Below are positions 47,462 through 55,221 of a stretch of 64,000 nucleotides of DNA, piece by piece. The position numbers and the translations under genes were made by a program. The notes below the pieces were generated by a model. The model was given only the letters and a program-made list of their open reading frames with translations. It searched no databases and was not told the DNA's origin. Numbering within the stretch: the stretch's first letter is position 1; every line of letters begins with the position of its first letter. Origin of the DNA: Chloroflexota bacterium (GTDB lineage: Bacteria; Chloroflexota; Dehalococcoidia; Lucifugimonadales; UBA3495); the NCBI GenBank assembly GCA_028875655.1, contig JAPPCX010000039.1, forward strand, positions 30,392-94,391. Reading direction: 5' to 3'.

Positions 47462-47534
47462 CCTGGATTCCCGCTTTCGCGGGAATGACGGTGAAGGTAA
47501 ACGGAATGACGATCAGCGTAGGCGGAATGACGTG
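47462..47534. repeat. REP-like element family A with two tail units
   Basis: CCTGGATTCCCGCTTTCGCGGGAATGACGG, then CGGAATGACG twice at about 21-nt spacing. Confidence 0.85.
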
Positions 47535-47546
47535 AAAGAACTTGGC

Positions 47547-49310
47547 TCATTTGATGCCGTAGATGTTGCCGTCGTTGGTGCGCACAATCAGCAGTTCGTT
47601 GCTCAGCGTTGGCGGGATTTTTACTGCCGAACTGAGGGAGATTCTCCAGTCCAACGACCCGTCGTGCCGGTCCAGAGAATACAGATTTCCCGAATCGTCC
47701 CCGAAGACTAACCGGTCTTTCACGATCAGCGGCGACGCGTGAATGGCATCATCGGCCGAGAAAGTCCACAGCTCAGAGCCATCGACAGCGTCCAGGGCGT
47801 ACATGTTGTGGTCATAGCCACCTACGTAAAGGACACTGCCGTTGTCGCCGTCGGACAAAGCGGGCGAGCTGAAAATCCCCTGCAGCGGATTTTCCGGCGA
47901 AAAGCGCCACAATCCGCCCTGCTGTCCGGGAGGACGCGGCACCCCCGGCACTTGCCAGAGCCACAATTGCGCCCAGATTTTCTTGAACTGGTACAAACCG
48001 GGGACTTCACGCTCCTCCGCGCTCACCGCGTACAACTGGCCGCTGGACGGGAAATATGCCCGGGTTCCGTCCGCCGAGACCACCGGGGAACCGGCGATGG
48101 TTTTGAGGGTGCGATAGCGAAACCACTCCTGGCCCGTGCGCGCCGAAAGGATATAGAAAATTCCCTTGTCGTCTCCCACAAACAGCCGGCCGTCATAGAT
48201 GGCCACGGAGGCGCTGGCGTTGCTGTCCAGTTGGGTCCGCCAGATTAGCGAACCACTACGGGCGTCCAGGGCGTACAGCCAAGCCTTGCCGGAGCTGATA
48301 TAGACCAGACCGTCGGACACCACCGGGGCGACTTCCACCGTATCTTCGGCCGGGAAACTCCACCAGGCATCGCCATTCAGGGTGCTCCAGGCATTAACGG
48401 TGTGGTCGGTGCTGCCAAAAAAGAGGTATGACTCGACCACCGCGGCCGCTCCGGTGATCCGCCCCGGAGTTGCCCCCTTCCAGCCTTCCCTGATCTGTCC
48501 GTCGTGTTCGGCTATTTTGTAAATGCCATTTGCGGAACCGACATAAGCATTGGCGTGCTGGGCCACCGGTTCGGAATCCAACGGCTCCGGAATGAAACTG
48601 TTCCAGACGACCTCGCCGTCCGGAGGCGGATAGCCGACTTCCATGCTCCTGCTGTTGCGCAGGTCTCGACCGCTGACCGTCCAAACCCCGGGGCCGACGT
48701 CAGCCGTCATCTCAGACTGAATTTTTTTGAGCAGGATCACCGGATTCGGCGCGAACGGGTAGTTCAGCCAGATTACGAACACCAGGAACAAGGAAACCGC
48801 TGCGGAGAAGATGATTCGTTTCCAGGAAATCCGGCTCAACAGCCAGTTGTGCCGGCGATGCTGCGCCCACGCCGGCAGACGGACCACCACCCGAGAGCAT
48901 CGCTGACAGCGCGTGCCAATGCGCTGGTTGGATTGACCGCAGTATGGGCAATCCGACAACAGGCGATCCTCGGCGACAGCGTCATCATCGGGCAGGCGGA
49001 CCTGACCAACGCCCGCCGGGGTTGGCGCCACAGGGGGTGATTCCGCCGAACTTGATCCGACCGGGTTTGATCCAACAGGGTTCGGGCCCACGGGTTCGGC
49101 AACCATGGCGGCGGGAAGCTCAACCATGGGGGCCGGCGCCCCTTCCGAACCGAGAGATAGGGCCTCCTGGCCGGCCGCGACCGGGGGGCCGGCGGGCAGG
49201 TCCGGCATCGGCGCGCTGCCGGCATCGGGCGCTGGGGCAGGCAAAGGAGATCCTTCCTGTTCCCTCAGTCGGCCGGTGATCCGCCGGAGAATGTTGCCGA
49301 AACCTGCCAT
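47547..49310 (-). CDS. zinc-ribbon / TM / PQQ-like (BamB-type) beta-propeller repeat protein
   Basis: Low-complexity N-terminus, CPYCGQSN...CQRCSRVV zinc ribbon, one TM segment (IIFSAAVSLFLVFVIWL), then repeated LYALDA..G...W propeller blades. Confidence 0.7.
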   Translation of the reverse strand: MAGFGNILRRITGRLREQEGSPLPAPAPDAGSAPMPDLPAGPPVAAGQEALSLGSEGAPAPMVELPAAMVAEPVGPNPVGSNPVGSSSAESPPVAPTPAGVGQVRLPDDDAVAEDRLLSDCPYCGQSNQRIGTRCQRCSRVVVRLPAWAQHRRHNWLLSRISWKRIIFSAAVSLFLVFVIWLNYPFAPNPVILLKKIQSEMTADVGPGVWTVSGRDLRNSRSMEVGYPPPDGEVVWNSFIPEPLDSEPVAQHANAYVGSANGIYKIAEHDGQIREGWKGATPGRITGAAAVVESYLFFGSTDHTVNAWSTLNGDAWWSFPAEDTVEVAPVVSDGLVYISSGKAWLYALDARSGSLIWRTQLDSNASASVAIYDGRLFVGDDKGIFYILSARTGQEWFRYRTLKTIAGSPVVSADGTRAYFPSSGQLYAVSAEEREVPGLYQFKKIWAQLWLWQVPGVPRPPGQQGGLWRFSPENPLQGIFSSPALSDGDNGSVLYVGGYDHNMYALDAVDGSELWTFSADDAIHASPLIVKDRLVFGDDSGNLYSLDRHDGSLDWRISLSSAVKIPPTLSNELLIVRTNDGNIYGIK

Positions 49311-49342
49311 TTATCCTGGAACCGTACGATTACCCGGCGAGA

Positions 49343-49392
49343 CCGGATTCCCGCTTTCGCGGGAATGGCGGAAAGGTACGCGGGAATGACGG
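49343..49392. repeat. REP-like element family A
   Basis: CCGGATTCCCGCTTTCGCGGGAATGGCGG plus tail CGGGAATGACGG. Confidence 0.85.
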
Positions 49393-49408
49393 CATTTGCC
49401 CACCAGCC

Positions 49409-49972
49409 CTAGTTGTCCGTCAGTGAGCCGTTGATCAACAGCTTGCGCACGCCCGGCGTGAGTTCGCGGGCGCGCTCCAAAAGTCCATCTCCGCTTACGT
49501 TGGTGATGGGATGCGGGCACATCAGATAGGGGAAGTTTGGAACCCCCATGAGCCGGGTGTAAGCGCGGGCGGTGTTGGCGAAAACGGTCGTGATGATCGT
49601 TGCCGCCGGGATGCCCTGGCGCTCCAAGGTAATTCCGTCGTGCAAACTGCCCGACGAGCAGCCCCCTCAATCACCCACACCCGCGATCACGAAGTCGGCG
49701 TTGCGGTGCAGGTCGGCCATGACTTCAGGAAATGGCGGCAGGGAGGCGCTGTGCTTGGTAACGTGGAAGATGTCGGCAAATTCAAACTCGGCGTCCAGCT
49801 CACGGGCGATGGCCCAGAGGATGGCGTCGGAATTGGCCTTGGAGTTGTCCAGCAGGCCCAGGCGCTTGCCGCGCAGGTCAATCGGCCGCGGAGCCATCAC
49901 CATCGCGGTTTCACCCGGATCAAAGCCGGTGGGGTCAATGAGTTGCACGGTTGGTCGGTTGGCAGTAGTCAT
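49409..49972 (-). CDS. probable selenoprotein (UGSC-family-like), TGA 49667-49669 read as Sec; 187 aa
   Basis: Track ORFs 49667-49972 and 49409-49645 are in the same frame and separated only by one TGA. Read-through gives ...FVIAGVGD-U-GGCSSGSLHDGITLERQGIP... (a U-x-x-C redox motif). A SECIS-like hairpin lies 10 nt downstream of the TGA codon. Confidence 0.6.
49635..49657 (-). promoter_or_regulatory. bacterial SECIS-like stem-loop
   Basis: mRNA UCGUCG-G-GCA-GUU-UGC-A-CGACGG. It starts 10 nt after the UGA codon (nt +13 counting the U of UGA as +1). The apical GUU loop sits at +23 to +25. The upper stem GCAGUUUGCAC resembles E. coli fdhF GCAGGUCUGCAC, whose loop is at +22 to +25. Confidence 0.5.
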
Positions 49973-50007
49973 CGCGGTCTCCTTTGTCCAGCAAGTCGGT
50001 CCGAGTC

Positions 50008-51045
50008 CTAGATCGCCGTGGTCACGGCCGGCACTCCAAAGTAATTCATGATCAGTTCGCTGTAGATGCCGCTGTCGCCGCCGGCCTTGACGATGAGGAT
50101 GTCGTCCGGGCTGTCCACGGTGAGCAGCCTTGCTGCATCATCGCCGTCTTCCACCTCGCCTTTCACCATGCCCAGGCGCTTCAGCTCACCCACGGAACGC
50201 CAGGCCCGCTCGTAGAGGTATTCCTGCATGTCCCGGCGGGTCCAACCCTGGCGGCCCAGCAGTTCCGAATGCCAATGGCCCACAACCCACACCCACTTGA
50301 TGCCTCGGCCAAAGTAGATTCCCAGTCCGTGGGACGCCATCCCGTCGGCGATTGAATCCAGCAGGCTTTCGCCGGTGGAGCCGTAGCGGTTGCCGTGCAT
50401 GGAAGGGTCCTGGATGGTGGCCACCGTAACGGTGGACTGGTCGGGCTGGAAACCGAGGCTGACGTGCATGGGTTCCCAGGGACTGTTCTCCTCGTCCTCG
50501 CCAAAAACCACGCCGAACTTGGTCAGACTGCCCATGCATCCCCGGTCCAGGACGCCCGGCCTCTGCTCAAACACGTTGATGAATATCAGGCGCAGCGCAC
50601 GGCCGATGGTGGAATTGGCCCGGTAGCCCGGGCTGAACAGGTTATCGGTGCAGTTCAACTCGATTTCCCGGCGGATGGGGCCGTTGACGATGGTCAACAA
50701 CCCGGTGGAGTTGGTAACGGCGGATACCTCGTGGATGCAGTTGGGGTCGAAATCGAACAGCGCTTTCATCGTCGCCAGCACCACGGGGAAATAGGCGGGC
50801 AGGCACCCGGCCATGACGGCGTTGGCCGCCGCCTGCTCGGCGGTCAACGTTCGCCGGCGCACCTCAACCTCGCCCAGCAACGTATCGGGCGCCAGGCCGG
50901 CGGCGTCCAGCATGGCCTGGACACGCTCGGCGGTAGGAGGCACCACCGGCAGGCCGTCGGTCCAGCCGCGCCGGTAACACTCCTCGATGGCGTCCAAACT
51001 GTCGGGGTATTCAACTACCGCTGCGCGTTGTGCTTGCTCAACCAT
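50008..51045 (-). CDS. conserved hypothetical protein (345 aa) adjacent to the putative selenoprotein
   Basis: Good coding bias. N-terminus ...CYRRGWTDGLPVVPPT.... No family recognised. The gene ends 35 nt upstream of the selenoprotein start. Confidence 0.6.
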   Translation of the reverse strand: MVEQAQRAAVVEYPDSLDAIEECYRRGWTDGLPVVPPTAERVQAMLDAAGLAPDTLLGEVEVRRRTLTAEQAAANAVMAGCLPAYFPVVLATMKALFDFDPNCIHEVSAVTNSTGLLTIVNGPIRREIELNCTDNLFSPGYRANSTIGRALRLIFINVFEQRPGVLDRGCMGSLTKFGVVFGEDEENSPWEPMHVSLGFQPDQSTVTVATIQDPSMHGNRYGSTGESLLDSIADGMASHGLGIYFGRGIKWVWVVGHWHSELLGRQGWTRRDMQEYLYERAWRSVGELKRLGMVKGEVEDGDDAARLLTVDSPDDILIVKAGGDSGIYSELIMNYFGVPAVTTAI

Positions 51046-51136
51046 TGACGGCTCCTGTGTGCAGACTGGGACACCGCCATTCTACCAATGGCAGCGCATC
51101 AATCTCAACTTGCCCCCGGAGGGAGACGGGGTTTGG

Positions 51137-51958
51137 CTATCGCAGGCCGACTGGACTCCAGGAGACGAGGCAACTGCGAATCGGCTGAGCTCCCTCCAGT
51201 CGCCAGACGCCGTCCTGGTGTTGCAGAGAGCGGTCCAGGAACTGCTCCAGCCGCTGCATCTCCTGGGTGCCGGGCGCCACGTACAGCTGGGAGGCAATGC
51301 CAGCGATGGCCGCCTCCCGGCTGGCGAACCGGAGGGTTGGGCGGTCGGGCAGGTCGGAAATCTTCGGCTGGATGCCCAACTCGTCCAGCACCGGCAGCAG
51401 CTGCGACACGGTGGGCAGCGCGAGCCGTGGCTCGCCGTGCACTACCTGCCAGATGTGATGAACTTGGGACCTGGAAGCCGTCCGCATCATTATCACCAGC
51501 GCCAGGCGCCTGGCATGGTTGTCCAGCTTTCGTACGAACGCTCCGATGTCGTGGATGACGTGGAGCACGTTGCAGCACAGCACCACGTCGGCGGGTTCTG
51601 CGGCCGCGTTCAGCCAATCCGATTCAATCATCGAAACGTTGCGGATGTCGTATTCGTCGGCGGTCTCGCGGAAAACGGCACGCATACTGGGAGACGGCTC
51701 GACGGCGGTGACCGCGCTGCAGGTCAGGGCCAGTGGCAGAGCCAGCCGGCCCCCGCCAGCGCCGACGTCCAGCAGGGTCTCGCCCTCCACCAGGCGAGAA
51801 CGCAACTCCTCGACGACTACATCGTCAGTGCGAAACGGGTCTTCTTTGAAATTGTGGGCCGCAGTCGCCCAGGAATCCGTGGGCCGTTGACCGCGAATAC
51901 GGTCGGACTGCTCGTGCTCTATGCGGACCATTTCGGTCCAAGCTTGTATTGCGCTCAT
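51137..51958 (-). CDS. class I SAM-dependent methyltransferase
   Basis: Motif I LLDVGAGGGRLALPLA. The start is trimmed to ATG 51958, with ATG 51988 as an alternative. The 405-aa track ORF overlaps the upstream gene. Confidence 0.7.
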   Translation of the reverse strand: MSAIQAWTEMVRIEHEQSDRIRGQRPTDSWATAAHNFKEDPFRTDDVVVEELRSRLVEGETLLDVGAGGGRLALPLALTCSAVTAVEPSPSMRAVFRETADEYDIRNVSMIESDWLNAAAEPADVVLCCNVLHVIHDIGAFVRKLDNHARRLALVIMMRTASRSQVHHIWQVVHGEPRLALPTVSQLLPVLDELGIQPKISDLPDRPTLRFASREAAIAGIASQLYVAPGTQEMQRLEQFLDRSLQHQDGVWRLEGAQPIRSCLVSWSPVGLR

Positions 51959-52017
51959 AAAGTTGGCTCCGGTGGGGGTGCTTGGCATGAGTTTACAGGA
52001 TACACGAGTCGGGTGGT

Positions 52018-52656
52018 TCAGCCGGGCAGCGCGGCCGGCAGACTGACCGCCGTCCGGGAACCTGTGGCCAGCAACACCGACGCCGGCGCGTTTTGCATCG
52101 CTCCGGTAACGCGACCGCCGCAAACCTCGTTGAAATCGCAGTCGATTCCCCACCGAGACGCCTGGCGCACCTGCCAGTCTGGCCTCGTCAGGTGATACGC
52201 TTTGACGCCGGCGGCCGGTTTTCCGTTGTAGCCCCAGTATCGACCGGTCAGAAATTCCTCCAGCGAGCCAGGCGTCGTGCTCATCGGCGCTTCGTCTGCC
52301 GAGGCCCAGAATCGCTGACGACGGCCCTTTTCGTCCCAGTGATAGGATACGCAAGCCGGCAGGGCCGCTCCGAAGGAATCACAAGCGTAGAATTCATGCC
52401 CCGTGGGAGCCGTCTCGAACCGCTCCCCGTACATGGCGCGCGCCGCCAAAGCAGTCAGGCGGTGGGGCACAAGCTGGCGGATGAAAACCACGCCGGGTTG
52501 TGGGTCGCCGCTAATCTCAGGCCGGCGCACGTAGAAGCGCAGGTTAATCTCGTCGTAGTTTGAAATCGGGGACGGCAACCCGAAGACCCTTGTGGACTCG
52601 AACCTGAGACCGACCAGGCTGATATAAGCCCGGCCTTGCCAGTGGTCAGTGATCAA
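52018..52656 (-). CDS. DUF2071 domain protein with no canonical start for its conserved N-terminus (possible pseudogene or non-canonical start)
   Basis: The first canonical start is TTG 52656. The frame stays open 37 codons further upstream (ACRRTVIPAALTANWINPLIFSWPVEDAVFEPLLPPG) up to TGA 52768-52770. That stretch looks like the conserved DUF2071 N-terminus but has no ATG/GTG/TTG. Confidence 0.5.
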   Translation of the reverse strand: MITDHWQGRAYISLVGLRFESTRVFGLPSPISNYDEINLRFYVRRPEISGDPQPGVVFIRQLVPHRLTALAARAMYGERFETAPTGHEFYACDSFGAALPACVSYHWDEKGRRQRFWASADEAPMSTTPGSLEEFLTGRYWGYNGKPAAGVKAYHLTRPDWQVRQASRWGIDCDFNEVCGGRVTGAMQNAPASVLLATGSRTAVSLPAALPG

Positions 52657-52787
52657 TCCCGGCGGGAGCAGGGGTTCGAAAACCGCATCTTCAACAGGCC
52701 AGGAAAAGATAAGCGGGTTAATCCAGTTCGCAGTAAGGGCGGCAGGGATAACGGTCCTTCGACAGGCTCAGGACGAGCGGTGTAGGA

Positions 52788-53423
52788 TCAGGATTCGAGT
52801 TGGGCCAGCCGTTGCTCCAGCCGGCGCTGCTGCAAGGAAATGGTCAAGTCGCCACGGGTCCGCTCCAGGACGCCGCGCATGGCGTCGGTGCTGCGCCGCA
52901 ACCCACCCGTGATGGCCTCGGGAAAATCGACGGTGACCAGTATTCCGTAGATTTCATCCATCAATTCCATCAGTTCTTCACACCGCCCGGTGTCATCCCG
53001 GCGCAGCGCGTCCAGAATATAACGCCGCAGTTCGCCGATCACCTCTGCCATGCCGTTCAGGTACGCCGGCGGGTCGATACCCAGCGTCTCCGCATCTGGA
53101 ATCTCGCCCCCGGAAATAACCGCCAACGTGATGTTGGCTTCGGTATATTCCTTGCGCGCGTCGGAGAGGAATCCTGCATAGTAGATTTCGGGGTTGTCGG
53201 TGCGGATGCTGGCCGTCTCGTCCAACTGCTGGGAAGCTTCCGCGATGAGACGCCTGGCCTCGTCAAAATCGTCGCGGTGGACGGCGCGGATGGCATTGGC
53301 CGAGCTGCGGATCACCTGGCGGGACACCGCCAACGCCCGCTCCCGGGCATCGTGCCGAGCGGTCAGTTGCGAGACGGCGTGCTCGGACAACGCTGCCAGG
53401 TGGGGGCCGTATCGGGTTGGCAT
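52788..53423 (-). CDS. translin-family protein (bacterial homolog)
   Basis: 211 aa, helical. YLNGMAEVIGELRRY matches the translin/TRAX signature region. The start is trimmed to ATG 53423 (AAAGGAAA upstream). Confidence 0.55.
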   Translation of the reverse strand: MPTRYGPHLAALSEHAVSQLTARHDARERALAVSRQVIRSSANAIRAVHRDDFDEARRLIAEASQQLDETASIRTDNPEIYYAGFLSDARKEYTEANITLAVISGGEIPDAETLGIDPPAYLNGMAEVIGELRRYILDALRRDDTGRCEELMELMDEIYGILVTVDFPEAITGGLRRSTDAMRGVLERTRGDLTISLQQRRLEQRLAQLES

Positions 53424-53439
53424 GAAATTTCCTTTGGGG

Positions 53440-53500
53440 CTGGATTCCGGCCCCGTATCGAGCACGGGTGACGTTCCTTCGCCGGAATGACGAGGTGGGG
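53440..53500. repeat. REP-like element family A, composite form with nested hairpin
   Basis: CTGGATTCCGGC[CCCGTATCGAGCACGGG]TGACGTTCCTTCGCCGGAATGACG, a near copy of 26900-26970. Confidence 0.8.
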
Positions 53501-54478
53501 TTAGACCCGACCGCCGGCGGCGCGGATGGCCTCGGTGAGCTGAGCTGCTGCGGCTTCGGGGTCGGGGGCGCTGCCCACCGCGGCGGTAACGCAGATGGCG
53601 TCCGCGCCGGCTTCGACGACGGGCGCGACGTTATGGGCGGTGATGCCGCCGATGGCGACCAGCGGCACCTGGGCGGCGGCTCGCGCCTGCTTCAACCGCT
53701 CGGGGCCTTGCGGGGCCCGCGTGACCTGCTTGGTGGTGGTGGTGTACATTGCGCCAAAGGCGACGTGGTCCGCGCCCATCTGCTGGGATTCCACGATCAG
53801 GTCGATCTCGCGGTTGGAGCGGCCAAGCACCTGACCGGGCGAGAGAATCTTGCGAGCCTCGACGACGGGCAGGTCGGTCTGGCCCACGTGCAAGCCGACG
53901 TGATCCGGCCCCAGCGCGGCGGCCAAATCGGCGTGGTCGTTGATGATGAGCAATGCGTCGTTGGCGGCGCAGAGGTCACGGAGAGCGATGCCGAGCGGCA
54001 GTTGCTCGCCCTTGTCCCGCAGCTTGTCGCGGAGTTGCAGCATCCGCGCGCCCCCGTTGACGGCGGCGCGGGCGATGTCCAGCGGATCGCGTCCGCCGGT
54101 GACTTCGGGATCGATGATTACGTAAAGTCCGCGGATGCGCCCGGCTTGGGTTTGACGGAGGGCTGCGCCGATACGGTAAACCGCGTCATCCAGCGCGCGG
54201 TCCAACTGCAACGCCACGTCCGACGGAATCTCGCCGCCGGCTTCCAGCGCCGACAACAAGCCTCTGGCGGCGCTGGCCAGGTTCAAGGCTTCGTTGCGGT
54301 TCTCCGCTCCCTGCCCGGCGGTGGACTCGCGCTGAGGGTCGCTGATACCGTCGCCCAGCCACCCGATTTCGCCCCGCATCAAACCCTCCGGGACGCTGTC
54401 CGACGCCAGCAAGCCGTCGAGGCAGGCGAGCAGGGCGGGCATTAAGTTCGAGCCCGCGGGTTCGCGTGGAGTGGTCAC
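53501..54478 (-). CDS. thiE: thiamine-phosphate synthase with ~110-aa N-terminal extension
   Basis: The C-terminal 210 aa have the ThiE pattern (LYVIIDP, LQLRDK, IINDH, VGLHVGQTD, IGGI). The N-terminal extension is not assignable. Confidence 0.8.
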   Translation of the reverse strand: MTTPREPAGSNLMPALLACLDGLLASDSVPEGLMRGEIGWLGDGISDPQRESTAGQGAENRNEALNLASAARGLLSALEAGGEIPSDVALQLDRALDDAVYRIGAALRQTQAGRIRGLYVIIDPEVTGGRDPLDIARAAVNGGARMLQLRDKLRDKGEQLPLGIALRDLCAANDALLIINDHADLAAALGPDHVGLHVGQTDLPVVEARKILSPGQVLGRSNREIDLIVESQQMGADHVAFGAMYTTTTKQVTRAPQGPERLKQARAAAQVPLVAIGGITAHNVAPVVEAGADAICVTAAVGSAPDPEAAAAQLTEAIRAAGGRV

Positions 54479-54810
54479 AGGTCCAGTCCTTTGGGCGCTT
54501 CGCCGCTGCGGGCCGAGTCGATGGACTGGCGAACTGAGTCCGGCATGTCCACGCCGTGCCTGGCGAACGACTCTTCAACGTGGCGTCCGATGTTTCGAGG
54601 ATCGCTGTAGTAGTCCCGGCTGCGGCTGCCTACGGGGTTTGCCTCATGCACGCCGGAGACGGTTTTGCCCGTGGCGAAGGTGGACATGCGCCGTTCCATC
54701 GTTCCGCTGCCGCACGCCGCGCAGGATGGCGCCACGTGGTTGCTGACGGAGCGCACGAAAACCGACTCGACGGCGCGACATTCCTGGCAGCGATACTCGT
54801 AGATGGGCAT
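54475..54810 (-). CDS. FmdB-family zinc-ribbon protein
   Basis: MPIYEYRCQEC...CAACGS (CxxC...CxxC). Its stop overlaps the thiE start by 4 nt. Confidence 0.75.
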   Translation of the reverse strand: MPIYEYRCQECRAVESVFVRSVSNHVAPSCAACGSGTMERRMSTFATGKTVSGVHEANPVGSRSRDYYSDPRNIGRHVEESFARHGVDMPDSVRQSIDSARSGEAPKGLDL

Positions 54811-54815
54811 AACGA

Positions 54816-55145
54816 CTAGGGATTCGGGTGATTGATTTCGTGGCGGTGCTGGTGGAAATCGGGAGTGACGTTGCCGCCCATGGCTTCGCCCATGCGCCCC
54901 ATGTGCGAGTCAATGCTTCCGATATGGCTGTTGTCCAGGTCGGCAGCCGCGTTGTCCGGCATCCAGTTCAAGCTTTCGCCCCAGGAACGGTGAAAGGAAA
55001 AGCCGGACATCAGCCTGGAGAGGTCCGCGCTGGAACACCCCTTGCAGGCCAATCCGTTCTCAGGAGTCCAGCTGTACACGAGGCGAGATTGCCGTTGGCC
55101 GCACTGGTTGCATTTGTATTCGTACATCGGCATGGCAGCCGGCAT
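54816..55145 (-). CDS. FmdB-family zinc-ribbon protein (tandem paralog)
   Basis: MPMYEYKCNQC...CKGCSS. The start is either ATG 55145 or ATG 55133. Confidence 0.75.
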   Translation of the reverse strand: MPAAMPMYEYKCNQCGQRQSRLVYSWTPENGLACKGCSSADLSRLMSGFSFHRSWGESLNWMPDNAAADLDNSHIGSIDSHMGRMGEAMGGNVTPDFHQHRHEINHPNP

Positions 55146-55163
55146 TTTAGCACACCCGGCTCA

Positions 55164-55171
55164 TGTATAAT
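55164..55171 (+). promoter_or_regulatory. -10 element TGTATAAT upstream of polA
   Basis: Perfect TATAAT at 55166-55171 preceded by TG, about 50-60 nt before the polA start candidates. Confidence 0.35.
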
Positions 55172-55221
55172 GCCACCTCAGATACGCGGCCAGACCCCAG
55201 GGTACCGGCCGGCGGACGGGG

